From: Takakia lepidozioides
Taxonomy: Eukaryota; Plantae; Bryophyta
Direction: 5' to 3'
Length of the DNA stretch: 64,000 nucleotides
NCBI GenBank assembly: GCA_030704615.1
Contig: CM060733.1
Coordinates: 65,100,001-65,164,000 of the forward strand
The translations under genes were made by a program, and so were the position numbers. Below are positions 49,215 to 61,000 of this stretch, piece by piece. How positions within the stretch are numbered: the stretch's first letter is position 1; each line of letters begins with the position of its first letter. Under the pieces are notes generated by a model, which was given only the letters and a program-made list of their open reading frames with translations, was not told the origin of the DNA and searched no databases.

Positions 49215-49485
49215 GAAGGGCAGGAAGCCTACCTTTGAACAACAAACAGAAGCAGTGAGGAAAAGGAGAGTGCAATTGCCCGTTGTGTGGGCTACCCGAA
49301 GACAATATCCATTTCCTGATTCACTATCCGGGGTTCTCTCACCAGAGACGCTCTCTTCAAATCTATCAAGGGAATTGTACTTGTACCTTAGTTTACCAAC
49401 TTTGAAAGTCTCAAGGCTGAGCCGAACGCCCACGCCCTGATCGGGGCTAGTTATTGGGCAAACCACACTCAGCAGGTTGATGCTC
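49215..49485 (+). mobile_element. LINE 3' fragment (CCHC zinc knuckle)
   Basis: Homologous to 59485-59750 and 60660-60930. Confidence 0.75.
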
Positions 49486-51436
49486 TCTCATCCTCTCTTT
49501 TTGTTTTTTTTTGGTGTGATTTCCAAGGGCAAGAGGGGAGGGACGGAGAGAGAGAGAGAGAGAAGATATACATGTCATGTCAAGACATGGACAAGACCAC
49601 TAAAGTCATTGTCATTGAAAGACAAAGCAACCCTTTACAGGGCATCATCTAACAACCCCTTTTACCAACTCATTTGAACATCTTATAACTTTTCAGGGTA
49701 TCTGAAAAAACAGGGTGGGAGGGCGGGATTCCTGGTCATTCATATCCTGAAAGCCCCATAAGTTGACATAAAGCATTCATTTTTTGTTGTTGACATGGGT
49801 CAAGCCTTACATAATCTAGTTCTTGAGCCATTCATCTTCCTAAAACAACATCCTGTGTAGGCGTGAAACTGATCTGTCAGTGCCAAGACACATGCAAGAT
49901 TCATAAAGTAGAAGCGGGGCTAAGTTTTTATCAAGTATATGTAAGCCTGGATAATCATTCCAGGACTTCAAGATCAAAACTCTGCCATAGTATAAGGTAG
50001 GAAGCGCACAGCATCTACCAGCAAGCAGTTCTTGAAAACCAAAATACTGATGGGGTCAGGTCTGAAGGTGCTTCAGTGCCAAGTCATAAGCCAGATTTCT
50101 AACAAAACAAAACATAGGGCTGAGTACCCTTAAGTAGATATGGGCCTGAAGTGGTATTCCAGGGCCTCATAACAAGCTCTGCTAGTTAAAGAAATGAACT
50201 CAGAAACCATTGTCCCCTATCATGCAATGAAATAGTGGTGATATAAGAGCCTTGAAGAATGTTTGTTATCACAAGGTCTATCTTCTGATCCATCAGAGCC
50301 AGGCCATGGTGTTTCATTTCAGAGCTTAGTTTCCATGCTGCCAGAGCTATAGTCGCAGCCATGTACCTTTGTTAAAAACATCCAGAGCTTTCAACAGAGA
50401 TTTTGTTTTCTATGAAGTCCCTTGTGTGTCTTAACTCCAAAATGTATAAAAGTGGTTATCAAGAACCAAAAACAGGGATAAGGAGTAAGAAGGTGATCCT
50501 CATTAGAGCAGACTTGAAGCCGATTTGAGGCAGCAAGATGGCAGATTTGAAACAACAGTTGGTATCAGCAGCTTCAGGCGGTAGCAGCAATCCCTTATGC
50601 ATGAATCAGACTCTGCAAGCTTCAATAATTCAAGACAAGTGAAGACCCTCACCTGTGCCCGTCCCAAAAACCACCACATAGAGATGTGTGTTAGTGAGGA
50701 TGCATCAGGTGAGTGGCAGGTTTTCACAGTTGCTATCCATGTCAGTGTTGAATTCCAAAGCATGTACAAATCGTAATCCAAGCAAGGGTACACTCAAAAG
50801 AAACCTTGAGCGTTTGCGGTATGCCCTGCGCCATGGCGTCCAGTAGATGTCTCCAGCAGAACGCAATCAAAGTAGATAGAGATCAGCTCATACAGAAAGA
50901 GAGCAACATGTAATCTGTGGCTAAGTAGGGGTGGAGTACTTCCCAACGAGGAGTAAGAGCGCCGCTGCGAATTTAACAGAATCATAAATTTCTGAGCAGA
51001 GCGATCACTGCAATGTCGACTGCCAGAGAAGAATCTGTCTATCTGCCATTGCGCATCCCAAAAGCCAGCCATCACGAGTACCATGTAGCCGCAAGGGAGC
51101 AGGTTTACACGGCGCATCATCAAGGATCATAGAAGCACGAGTTCAGTGCTGTGAAATATGTCGGCCCGTTTAGGGCACATCTTCCCGATTTTTCATCCAG
51201 GGTGGATGAAAAATCACATTTTTAAGAGATGCACTTTGTTAATGGATGATATCCCATAAAAAGGTATCTTAGGGTTACGGTATAGGCTTAGGTTTAGTAA
51301 CTGCCATCATTAATGATGGTACAGATTACTACCTCTTGGATTTTTAGAATAGGTCACCAGTATTCATGTATTTCATCCAGTTTAGATGAAAGAAGCAAAT
51401 AGTAAATATCAGGGCCAAATGAAATCCAAAAAGTTA

Positions 51437-51466
51437 TAGAGGGAGAGGGAGAGAGGGAGAGAGAGC

Positions 51467-51502
<36 letters not shown>

Positions 51503-51505
51503 GGA
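51437..51505. repeat. (GA)n microsatellite
   Basis: Direct observation. Confidence 0.95.
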
Positions 51506-53078
51506 GCACACCAAACAAAAAAAAAACATGGGGGATGGGACTGAGCATGCAGCAGCAACTACTGCTGCTCAGTCTCGCCCCCCACCAGGGAGAGGGACAC
51601 AGGGAGAGTGAGGGAGACATGAGGGAAAAATAAATAAAAAAGAAGGTGGGGGGGAGTGACTGAGCAGCTGCTGCTCAGTCACTCCCCCCCTACCCTCTCT
51701 CTCCCTCTCTCCATCTCTCCATCTCTCTCCACATCCTAATGGAAATAAGAAAAACCAAAAGAATGGGGGGGTGGGGACTGAGCAGCAACTGTGGTGCGGG
51801 GGATGCAAGTGAAGGGAACGGTTGCACACGAAGCAGCTTAGTAGGCCGTTGGCGCTTTGTGGAGAAGAATGGAACGTGAAGCCAACATGCTAGAGAGGCG
51901 ATCTGGAACCGCATCTGTTTGTGACGTTACGTTCAAATGGCGGCGTGCATTTTAGTGTTTGTTGATCGCCGACAACATCAAAAGCAAGCCTCATACTGCG
52001 GAATGACAGATGAACAAATGATGCATTCAGGGGATAGATAAATTCATGCAAATCAAAAAATTCACTCATGAGAGTAATGCAAAACATGGGCTCAACAAAA
52101 GTCTTTGGGCAGTGACCAAGAACACCAACAAAATATGAAATCCAATACACTCTAACATATCGCCTTGTGCATGTCGTCCCTGTAGTAGGCCATCCCGGAG
52201 CTCCACGCCGTGTGCTACTGGAATAGAAGCTTGGCAATACGGTCTGTTCCGATCCACCCACTTTGCCATGGGGGGGTTTTCTAAGAATGGGAGAGCCCAT
52301 GAATTCAGCTTCTTGTATGATAAAACAACTGAGATAACAGCTCATGTTGTTCTCTCTAATGTACATATCCCCAATGACCTGGCCGAAGCTAGAACAACAG
52401 CAGGATGACATCAGGGAATAATGATGTGGTGCAAGGCATGGAACACCTGCAGGGCAGCAACATTGTAGTGTTGAATGTACTGCACCCTGCTTGAGCCATT
52501 CACAGATGGGGGACTATACAAGTGAGTCACATGGTGTTAGCTGGGGCATGAGAGAAACTGCCCATAAAATGCATCTACGCAAATAACCCACTCAACCAGC
52601 CAGAGCATCATCTATGCGGATTGCCAGATTCTTTTGGGGAAAAATGAAAATATGATAAGTAGGGACCAAGCTTAAAAGCACTCCATTGGTATTCAATGGT
52701 CCATAAACACAAGCCTGCCCAATATAAGACCCACAAAATCACTGGGGCAATTATGTAATGTAAACTGGAAGGCACATGCACTTTGTCAACAATGTACCCA
52801 AAGGCAGAACTGATGTGTAAATTTGCATGCCGTTCCAAAGTCTATAGTGACATAAATGTCATGACACGTTGCCAGACAGACACGCCATGTAAGTTGGACA
52901 CCTTCAACACCCTGCAAAAAGGACACCCCCAAGGGCAACCCTTAGTGCCAGTCTTATGAATCCCACATTATTCATGAATCAACCGGGATTACATATTCAA
53001 TTTTGCCCAATACCACCCTTCATATACTTGAGATAGAGGAAGGCACTCGGGGGGGAAAGTCATACCTCATTCTAGGTA

Positions 53079-56000
53079 CTAGTACACATCCACATCAACC
53101 AACTCCTCATCACTGGACTCTGAATCTCCATCGCAACTGTCCTCCGTGGGACATGGATGTGCTTCCTCAGATCGCATGTCTCTGTAAAGTGAAGCAACCT
53201 CTCCAGGTGTCACTTGGATGGTCTGGCCCACCCTGTCACTAGCAACATTGGTCTCTTCAATGTGATTGGGGGCTAAGAGGCCTGATACACTTGCAATATC
53301 ATCGTTGCAAATGCTCACATCAGAAACAGCCTTGCGTGACCTGGGGTTTTTTTCCAGCACCACGTTCCATCTCGGTTCATTCACACACTCAGAGAAAAAA
53401 ACTTGCTCGACCTGTGATGGGAGCACAAAAGGCTGTTCAAGTGGAGGCAACAAGTGGGAGAAATTCACCAATGTGAAGCCAGACTCATCCTGCTTCATTG
53501 ACACAGGCTGAGAGCCCACACGTCGTGCACGTACCCATGAACACAATAGCACCGTGGTGTTTGTGGAGCCATAATCCAATTCTAAAATCTCCTTTATGAC
53601 ACCCACATACCGTACGCTTTCCACCACCTGCTCACGGTCAATGCAAGTACTGTCATGCTGGAAAACAGTAGAGACCCCCGAGTCATATGTCACAAAGGGG
53701 CTGTTGAGTCCATCTGAAGTAACCCTGAAGTGGTTTCCATAAGCCGACATGCTCTTGTATGATGTTGCGATTACTGATGGGGGTTTGGACATGTCCAACA
53801 ATTCCTTGCAGGCTGAATCAGTAGCATGGTTGGCAACACTTGACACATGCTGGCGGACTGCTTTTACCAGCCATTCTGCAAAGTGAGGGAGAGCACGGAT
53901 CTTGTTCTGGTTAGTAGCATTTTCAGTCTCCAACCTGCATTTCTCCACCTCATAGGACCTGCCAACACACGCACAACCACAGAAATTTATCTAGTGCAAC
54001 CCCTGCAGCAGATGGAAGAACTACTGCACACACACCTATACAAAGCATACCCATGCATAGCAGGTACCAGAACGTTTGCCACTTACCCCAACATAATGCT
54101 CAAACTGGGATGGTTGTGAATGACGTAGTCATGGACAAGCTGCAACAATTCGAGGGTCAACCTCCGTGGTCGACCAACTCCTTCCAATACCCAGCCCGAC
54201 ACTGATTCCTCCTCTCCTGCATCCCACACTCTCCGCCTAGTAGCATCAACAGAAGACAAGTACTCTGTACAAAATCCCAATGCCTCGTCAAACACGTAGC
54301 CCTCCGCCATACTGCCCTCAGGCTTCGCCAAGTTTCGCACATACCCTTTAAAATCCTTCATTGCTCTCTCCACCGGGTACATCCACCGAGAAGCTACAGG
54401 TCCACACAAATCCACCTCATCCACCAAGTGGATAAGTAAATGTGTCATAACATCAAAAAATGAGGGTGGGAACTCTTTCTCCAGAAGACAAAGAGTCACT
54501 GCCACCTCGTTCTTCAATTCCTCATGCTCGGTGGGATCAATGAATTTTGCACAAAGCTTGCGAAACACACGGGACACTCTTAGTATGGCATTGCAAACCC
54601 CAGGCGCCATCAACCCACGTAGAGCAAGTGGGAGGATCTGTTGCATTAGCACGTGATAATCATGTGACTTCAATTGGCTCAACTTTTGTTTGACCACATG
54701 TTTTTTGAAAGCAGAGGCATAGCCAGTGGGTACTTTCAGATTCGTGATAATCTCCAGGAACACCCGCTGCTCTGGTTTTGTGAGCACATATGGCGCATCA
54801 GGCATTACCAATGTATCCACTCTGGTGGGATGGCGTCGTAACCAAAGAGGCTTTCGAATGCCCTGCAATTCCATATCGCGGCGAACTTGCATCGTGTCCT
54901 TCTCGCCGAAAATAGTCTTGATTATGTTCTCCGTCACGTTCTTCTCGCAATGCATGGTATCAAAAGTGTGGCGGATGATAAGATGCTGCACCATGTGGTC
55001 TAACAAATTAGGCACATTGCAATGCAGTCATGAATGATGTTTACAGCACAGGTTCAGTAAACAAACAATCATGCACAATGAAAAACCAATGCACTGTTTT
55101 GTTCCCAAAACACATGTGTGGTAATCGCACCTCCCAGTAAGGCAAGTCAAACAGAATGGACAATTGTTTTATGCCATGGAGCTTGGAGGGATCGTTCTGT
55201 GCGCCTACAGTCCCACCATCATCAATCCATTGTTTGTAATGTCGTGCATGCTCCTTGATTTCGGTGGCTGTCACTGTATGTGGAGCAGGTCTCATGTCTC
55301 GCGCCCCATTAAAAAGTCTGGATCTTCTATAGGCATGATTGTGGGGAAGATAGCGTCGATGCCCCTGGAATATCAATTTCTTACAAGCTGGGGAATATCT
55401 GGAATCGACTTGAGGTCCACATGCTGGACAAGCACAGTACCCTTGGTGAACCTGACCTGATAACAAGCCATAGGCGGGGAAGTCATGTATGGACCACATG
55501 AGGACTGCACGCATGTTAAAAGCCTGCTCTCCTTCAATGGCTGCCACATCCACGGCTGCAACTCCCACCCACAATGTCGTTAGCTCCTCCACTAGTGGTT
55601 GCAGGTAAACATCCACATTTTCACTTGTCACAGATTCCTTTCCAGGAATGAGGAGTGTTAACATGACAAAAAATTTCTTCGTTACCAACCATGGAGGTAG
55701 ATTATAATTGAGCACCATGATGGGCCAGGTGGACCAAGAAGTGGATTTGGTGCCATAAGGATTGACCCCATCCAGTGCCAATCCAAGATGCAGATTTCTT
55801 GGATCTGAAGCAAAATCCGGCCATGTGTTGTCAATATGGCACCAAGCCTTACTGTCTGCAGCATGCCGGACCATGCCATCTGCACTTCTATGATTGTTGT
55901 GCCACTTCATGAGCTCTGCCAGTGTCTTAACTCGAAACATCCGTTTCAATCTAGGTATGAGAGGAAAGTATCGCAACACCTTCTTGGGCACCTTCCCACG

Positions 56001-57614
56001 GCCGTCCATGTATCGACGACTATGGCACTTGGGGCAATTAGCAGCCTTTTTGAGGTCTCCACGAAACAATACACATCCACGCTCACAGGCATGGATCTGT
56101 TTGTATCCTAGACCCATCATGGCGATCATATTTTTGGCCTCATACTGCGATTTTGGCAAAAGGTGTTTTGTTTGGGCAAAATCTCCAGCCTCAACAATGA
56201 AAATAACTCATCCACAAATGCGTTGGTACATCTGTGAGTGGCGCAAGAATTGAGCAACATCAATGTGGCAGTCAATCGGTTGTGAACGCTCCCATCGTAT
56301 AAGGGGATTTGGGACTCTCGCATGAGTTTTCCATGGTGAAGATCATTTGGCGCGCCTGCTTCTTCTCCGCCCATATTTTCCTCATCAGGCATTTCAGAGG
56401 GATTTGCGCCATTCTCAACAGCCTCATCATTGTCCAAGTGAAGGGCATTTGGGGCAGGTGTGGGATTCTCCCGGAGGGTATCTGATATTTCAAATGCATC
56501 TTGCACAGCACGGGCAATCTGGCCCCGTAGCCCATTGCCGTCTTGTCCATCCAAATTGACGTCGTTTGCAACACTCTCTAGGCTACATTCAGCCTCCACT
56601 TCAGAGTCGGATGTAATGTAGCCCTGTGAACGCAAATGAAATCATAAATTGGGATACGATGAACAGGCTTTTTTCAAAACTCCCAGATTATGAAATTTCA
56701 TTTAAACACTGTCATGTAAGCAAACACTTTGTAGAATTGCACTAGTTCAATACAGGTGAATGCTACAAGTCTCCCCCGCACTTGCGAATCAGGAGACGAA
56801 ATTGGTCGGCCACAGACTTCATTTCGAAGCAGCTTGTGGAGCTCAGACACAAACACAAATGAAAACTACTCTCATATAATACGGCAAAGTAGGAACACAG
56901 TTTTCATCGAAAAACAAAACAAACATACCCTTTGTGATAGAGGGAGACATCCCCACATACAGACAGCTATCTGCACAGACCAACAAAGTGAAAGCTCTCA
57001 ACAAATATGCCCAAGTGGGCAGTGCGTTGAAGGCATGACACATGGCAACAAACTGCCAAAAGCCCAAAATGCATATTGCCTTCACACATGGCAGTCAACA
57101 ACGACCATGTAGTCATGACCCTGACTACATGACTCCAGTACAACCAATGGAAGAACACCACGTAGTTGAAATGTCCATGATCCAGGTCATGAAGTCATGG
57201 ACATGACTACTCTGACGCACTACCGACTACATGACTCCATCACTACGACTCCATGACTCCAATACATCCAACGGAAGAACGACACGTAGTTCGGACTCCA
57301 GTCACTCCCACGACTGTCCAAAATGCGGACATGCGCGGGCGTGCTGCGAGCATGTCAGAGTGCGTGCGTCGTGCAAGGCGTACCGGAACTGTACACTGTC
57401 GAAGGTTTGGGTCCCTCCCATACTTTGTTAGGTGTTTTTTGGCCATCGGTAGAAACTGCGAGATCCCTCCATGGCATATTTTGCAGTTGCACAATATTTT
57501 GCGGTGCCCTTGTGCAATGGCATGCGCCTCCTCTAGTCGCCACAGTTTCTCATCTTTCCTGCGCACACGGAATCGTTGAGCTGTTAGCCGAAACCCCGCT
57601 CTCGTTGTATACAT
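53079..57614 (-). pseudogene. tnpD: CACTA/En-Spm transposase; exons ~57614-57384, 56623-55131, 54985-54087, 53958-53079; one frameshift at ~56160
   Basis: ILCNCKIC..HL..YG; IHAC..GC..F; LRYFPLIPRLKRMF; LALDGVNP; WSIHDFPAYG; DTMHCEKN; KSHDYH; WMYPVER; PFVLPSQVEQVFF. Confidence 0.92.
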
Positions 57615-59394
57615 TGTACTTACACAGGGGGTGTGCAAGGGTCTTTGCAGCTGATGTCAGACTGCCATGGTCAGGCCCTCCCCGTGCGGTCCTCTGACTG
57701 CGTATGAGAAGCTAAGGGAGACCTGCATTGCTCGCAACAAAGAGGTTGAGGCGGAGTTGTTTGGTTCGCACCCACTGTGAGTATACTGAGAGGCGGCTCA
57801 CCCTAGTGTTGTGGCCTAAATCTCGCAGGAGAGCATTCCACCTCAACCGGAGTGCTCAACTGACCCGAATACTTTAGTTTGGGGTTGTCAGACATCGCAT
57901 TGCAGGGGCTTGTCATTAGGGTTTTTTTTTTAAAAATGTGAGAGGTCTACGGTTTAGCCTGAAATTGCCCGCATCCTTGTCTTTTGGGTTTACGAGTTTT
58001 TCTACATTCCCAGTGTTGGGATTGCATTGCTAAGTACACAGAATGATGGTTGTGAGGCGACGCCTGTCTCCACACTATCATGGCGCACCATGAAGAGAGC
58101 GGGATTGGTTAATTTCTTCATGGGGCGAGGATTGCAGGCTTCTTGCTCCGAAACCAAAGCGTGCTTGCCGTCGACCTCCACTACCCACGGGACCACCCAG
58201 ACGCAGTGGAAGGCTAGAAACAATGGCCGACGAGGCACGACAGTATGTAGACGAAGACGAGGAGGAGGATTTGTTGTGTGTCCCTGCGGGCGAGCACACA
58301 GGCGATTCTAGCAAAGATATTCTTCGCCACCCAGCTCCTGCACCCTCGCTTCCCCAGAAACGCCCATCGCCGGCAAAATCACCATCTGTAAGCACCTCCT
58401 CACTATGACGCCACATCTTCAGCATTTCTATGCATTCACATGCTCAGCATACCCATGAAGGAAGCATGCAAATGTACAGAACGTGTCTGAGACTTTCTTA
58501 GCATTCCAGGATGTAAATGCACTTCCCACACAGAAGAGGTTGAAAGGTGGAAGCCACAGAAAATCTGGCAGTGGACGTGGCACAACTTTGAATGCAATCA
58601 CATTTGGAAAGTTCTCACTTTGGGAATTTCACATTGGGGAGATGGCATTGCTAGAAAAATTGGGATGTAGGAAGGAAGGGATGCCCGAGCATATAGGCAG
58701 TGAAACCCCACAATGGGATAGGAAATCAACCCCTTTTGCTATATCTTCATCGTGTACATAGTTTGGGTTAAAGTCAAAGGCTCTTACTAAGAGGTTGATA
58801 CATAGTGATGTTTCTGTTTACAACTAAAATGCAATGTCCATTCAAATGAGTCCATCTACCCACTGATGCAAGTACTTGTATGCACGCTTTGATACAAGCA
58901 TGCCAATGGTTTTTGAGGTCTCCCCACTAGGTAGGCTTTGGAATTGGCCATGTAGATTTGGCTCAGCCCCCACTTTTCTGAATGGGTAAACAGAAGTGTG
59001 GGGCACCTGATGAGTCTGAGGGGATGAGGACCTGCTCATAGGAGGATGAGTACAATCAAAGCTTTAAAATGGCAGGTGCACGGCGTTAATTTGTTCTAAG
59101 TTGCCATGATTTCATTTGAATGCTTTGATTGACTTTAATGTTTGAATTGGTTTTTATTCTGTGCAGGCCAGGAAGAGGCGAGCTTCCATCGAAGGCGCTG
59201 CAGCTGTGGTGGGCAGTCCATCGGGGCGGGGGTTGTTCAAACAAGTCAACCCTGCTACAAACAAGTCCCCAAGCGCAGAACGACCACCTCCACGACCTAT
59301 TCCACAGTACCCTCCGTACACACATTACCCACATGCCTACCCCACCCCCGATCAGTATGGCGCTGCGGGCCCTTACAACCCGCACATCCAATAA

Positions 59395-59790
59395 GTTGTT
59401 TCCAGTCAGTGACATGGGGGTGGACATCTTGGATGACCTCAAGGGTCTACCCACAAGTTGGAAGTAGACTGAAATTTAAACTCAGGGCAGGAAGCCTACC
59501 TTTGAACAACAAACAGAAGCAGAGAGGAAAGGGAGAGTGCAATTGTCCGTAGTGTGGGCAATCTGAAGACAATATTCATTTTCTGATACACTGTCCGGGG
59601 TTCTCTCACCAAAGAGACGTTGTCTTCAATTCAATCAAGGGAATTGTGCCTGTACCCCTGTTTACCAACTTTGAAACTCTTGAGGCTGAGCCAAAAGCCG
59701 CGGCCCTCCTGAGGCCTAGTTTTGGGGCAAATCACACCCAGCAGATTGATGCTTGTGGGTTTTCTAGAGGATATCTGGAAAACCCGGATT
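59395..59790 (+). mobile_element. LINE 3' fragment
   Basis: Duplicate of 60570-60975; LKFKLRAG..CP.CGQSED..HFLIHCP. Confidence 0.8.
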
Positions 59791-59919
59791 AAATCTTTAT
59801 ATGAAGGTAAGTCTTACTACCAACGTCAACCCCTGACTGAGGTAGGTTCTGTTCTTTTGTTCCCTCAAACTGGGCGTGGGGTCAATGGCCAAAAGGCTAC
59901 GGCAAACAACGTCTTATGA

Positions 59920-61000
59920 GTACAATGTATAATGGGGTGTCCATTTCCCCCATTTTACACCATGTTAGGAGGGAAGTACGAAGTGCCACCAAGCTTTGTC
60001 ATTGAATTCTATAAATTATGTCCCCGGCAATCAGGTTTTTCTTGAAGGGGTGTTGCCTGTGGAGTGAACTAAAGTGTTCATTCACCTTGTCGCAAGGTGC
60101 TTGTAGGCTTTTCTTTAAGGGGGGACCTGCCTTGGAGTACAGATCTGCTATATGGGTTGATAGCTCCAACCAGGCTAAGTCTCTAGAATCCATTCAAGTG
60201 GGGGTGCTTAAGGAGTGTATGTCAGCATGCTCCAAAACAGCCAATGTGGTTGTTCGGGGTGAGTTTGGCATTCCATCCTTAAGCTCCCGACGAGATGAAT
60301 TCAAGGTCAGATGGTGGGGTCAGCTGCAACATATGCCCAACACCAGATATCCTAAGTTGATCGATTCTATATCTTGGAAACAGGACCGCCCTGTCAAACA
60401 GGCTAAGTCCTGGCAGAAGAGAGTAGAAAAGATTCTCAAGGACCTGGACCTGGATCCGCAAGTCTTGACCCTGCTGGATAAATCTGCCTTAGAGGCTGTA
60501 GTGTCTGAAGCCATGTTTGTTGCCATGAGATTGTCTGATGAAATGAAGTTAGGCAGAGAACTTCCCTGAACTTCTTTCTAGTCAGTGACATGGGGGTGGA
60601 CATCTTGGATGACCTCAAGGGTCTACCCACTCTCGGCACTAGACTGAAATTTAAACTCAGGGCAGGAAGCAAGCCTACCTTTGAACAGCAAACATAAGCA
60701 GAGAGGAAAGGGAGAGTGCAATTGTCCGTTGTGTGGGCAATCTGAAGACAATAATCATTTTCTGATACACTGTCCGGGGTTCTCTCACCAAAGAGACGTT
60801 GTCTTCAATTCAATCAAGGGAATTGTGCCTGTACCCCTGTTCACCAACTTTGAAAGTTGAGAGGCTGAGCCAAAAGCCCAGGCCTTCCTGAGGCCTAGTT
60901 TTTGGGCAAATCACACACAGCAGATTGATGCTTGTGTGAAGGGTTTTCTAGAGGATATCTGGAAAACCCGGATTATTGGATTACTAGAAAACCCGGATTA
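59920..61000 (+). mobile_element. 5'-truncated LINE (RT C-terminal region plus CCHC finger)
   Basis: PALEY..IW..LESIQ..KTANVVVRGEFGI..RYPK; zinc knuckle; short repeated tail gaaaacccggatta. Confidence 0.75.

Noticed and set aside
49600-52900. Host gene in this interval
   Set aside because: Only short ORFs without recognisable motifs; no exon chain could be supported.
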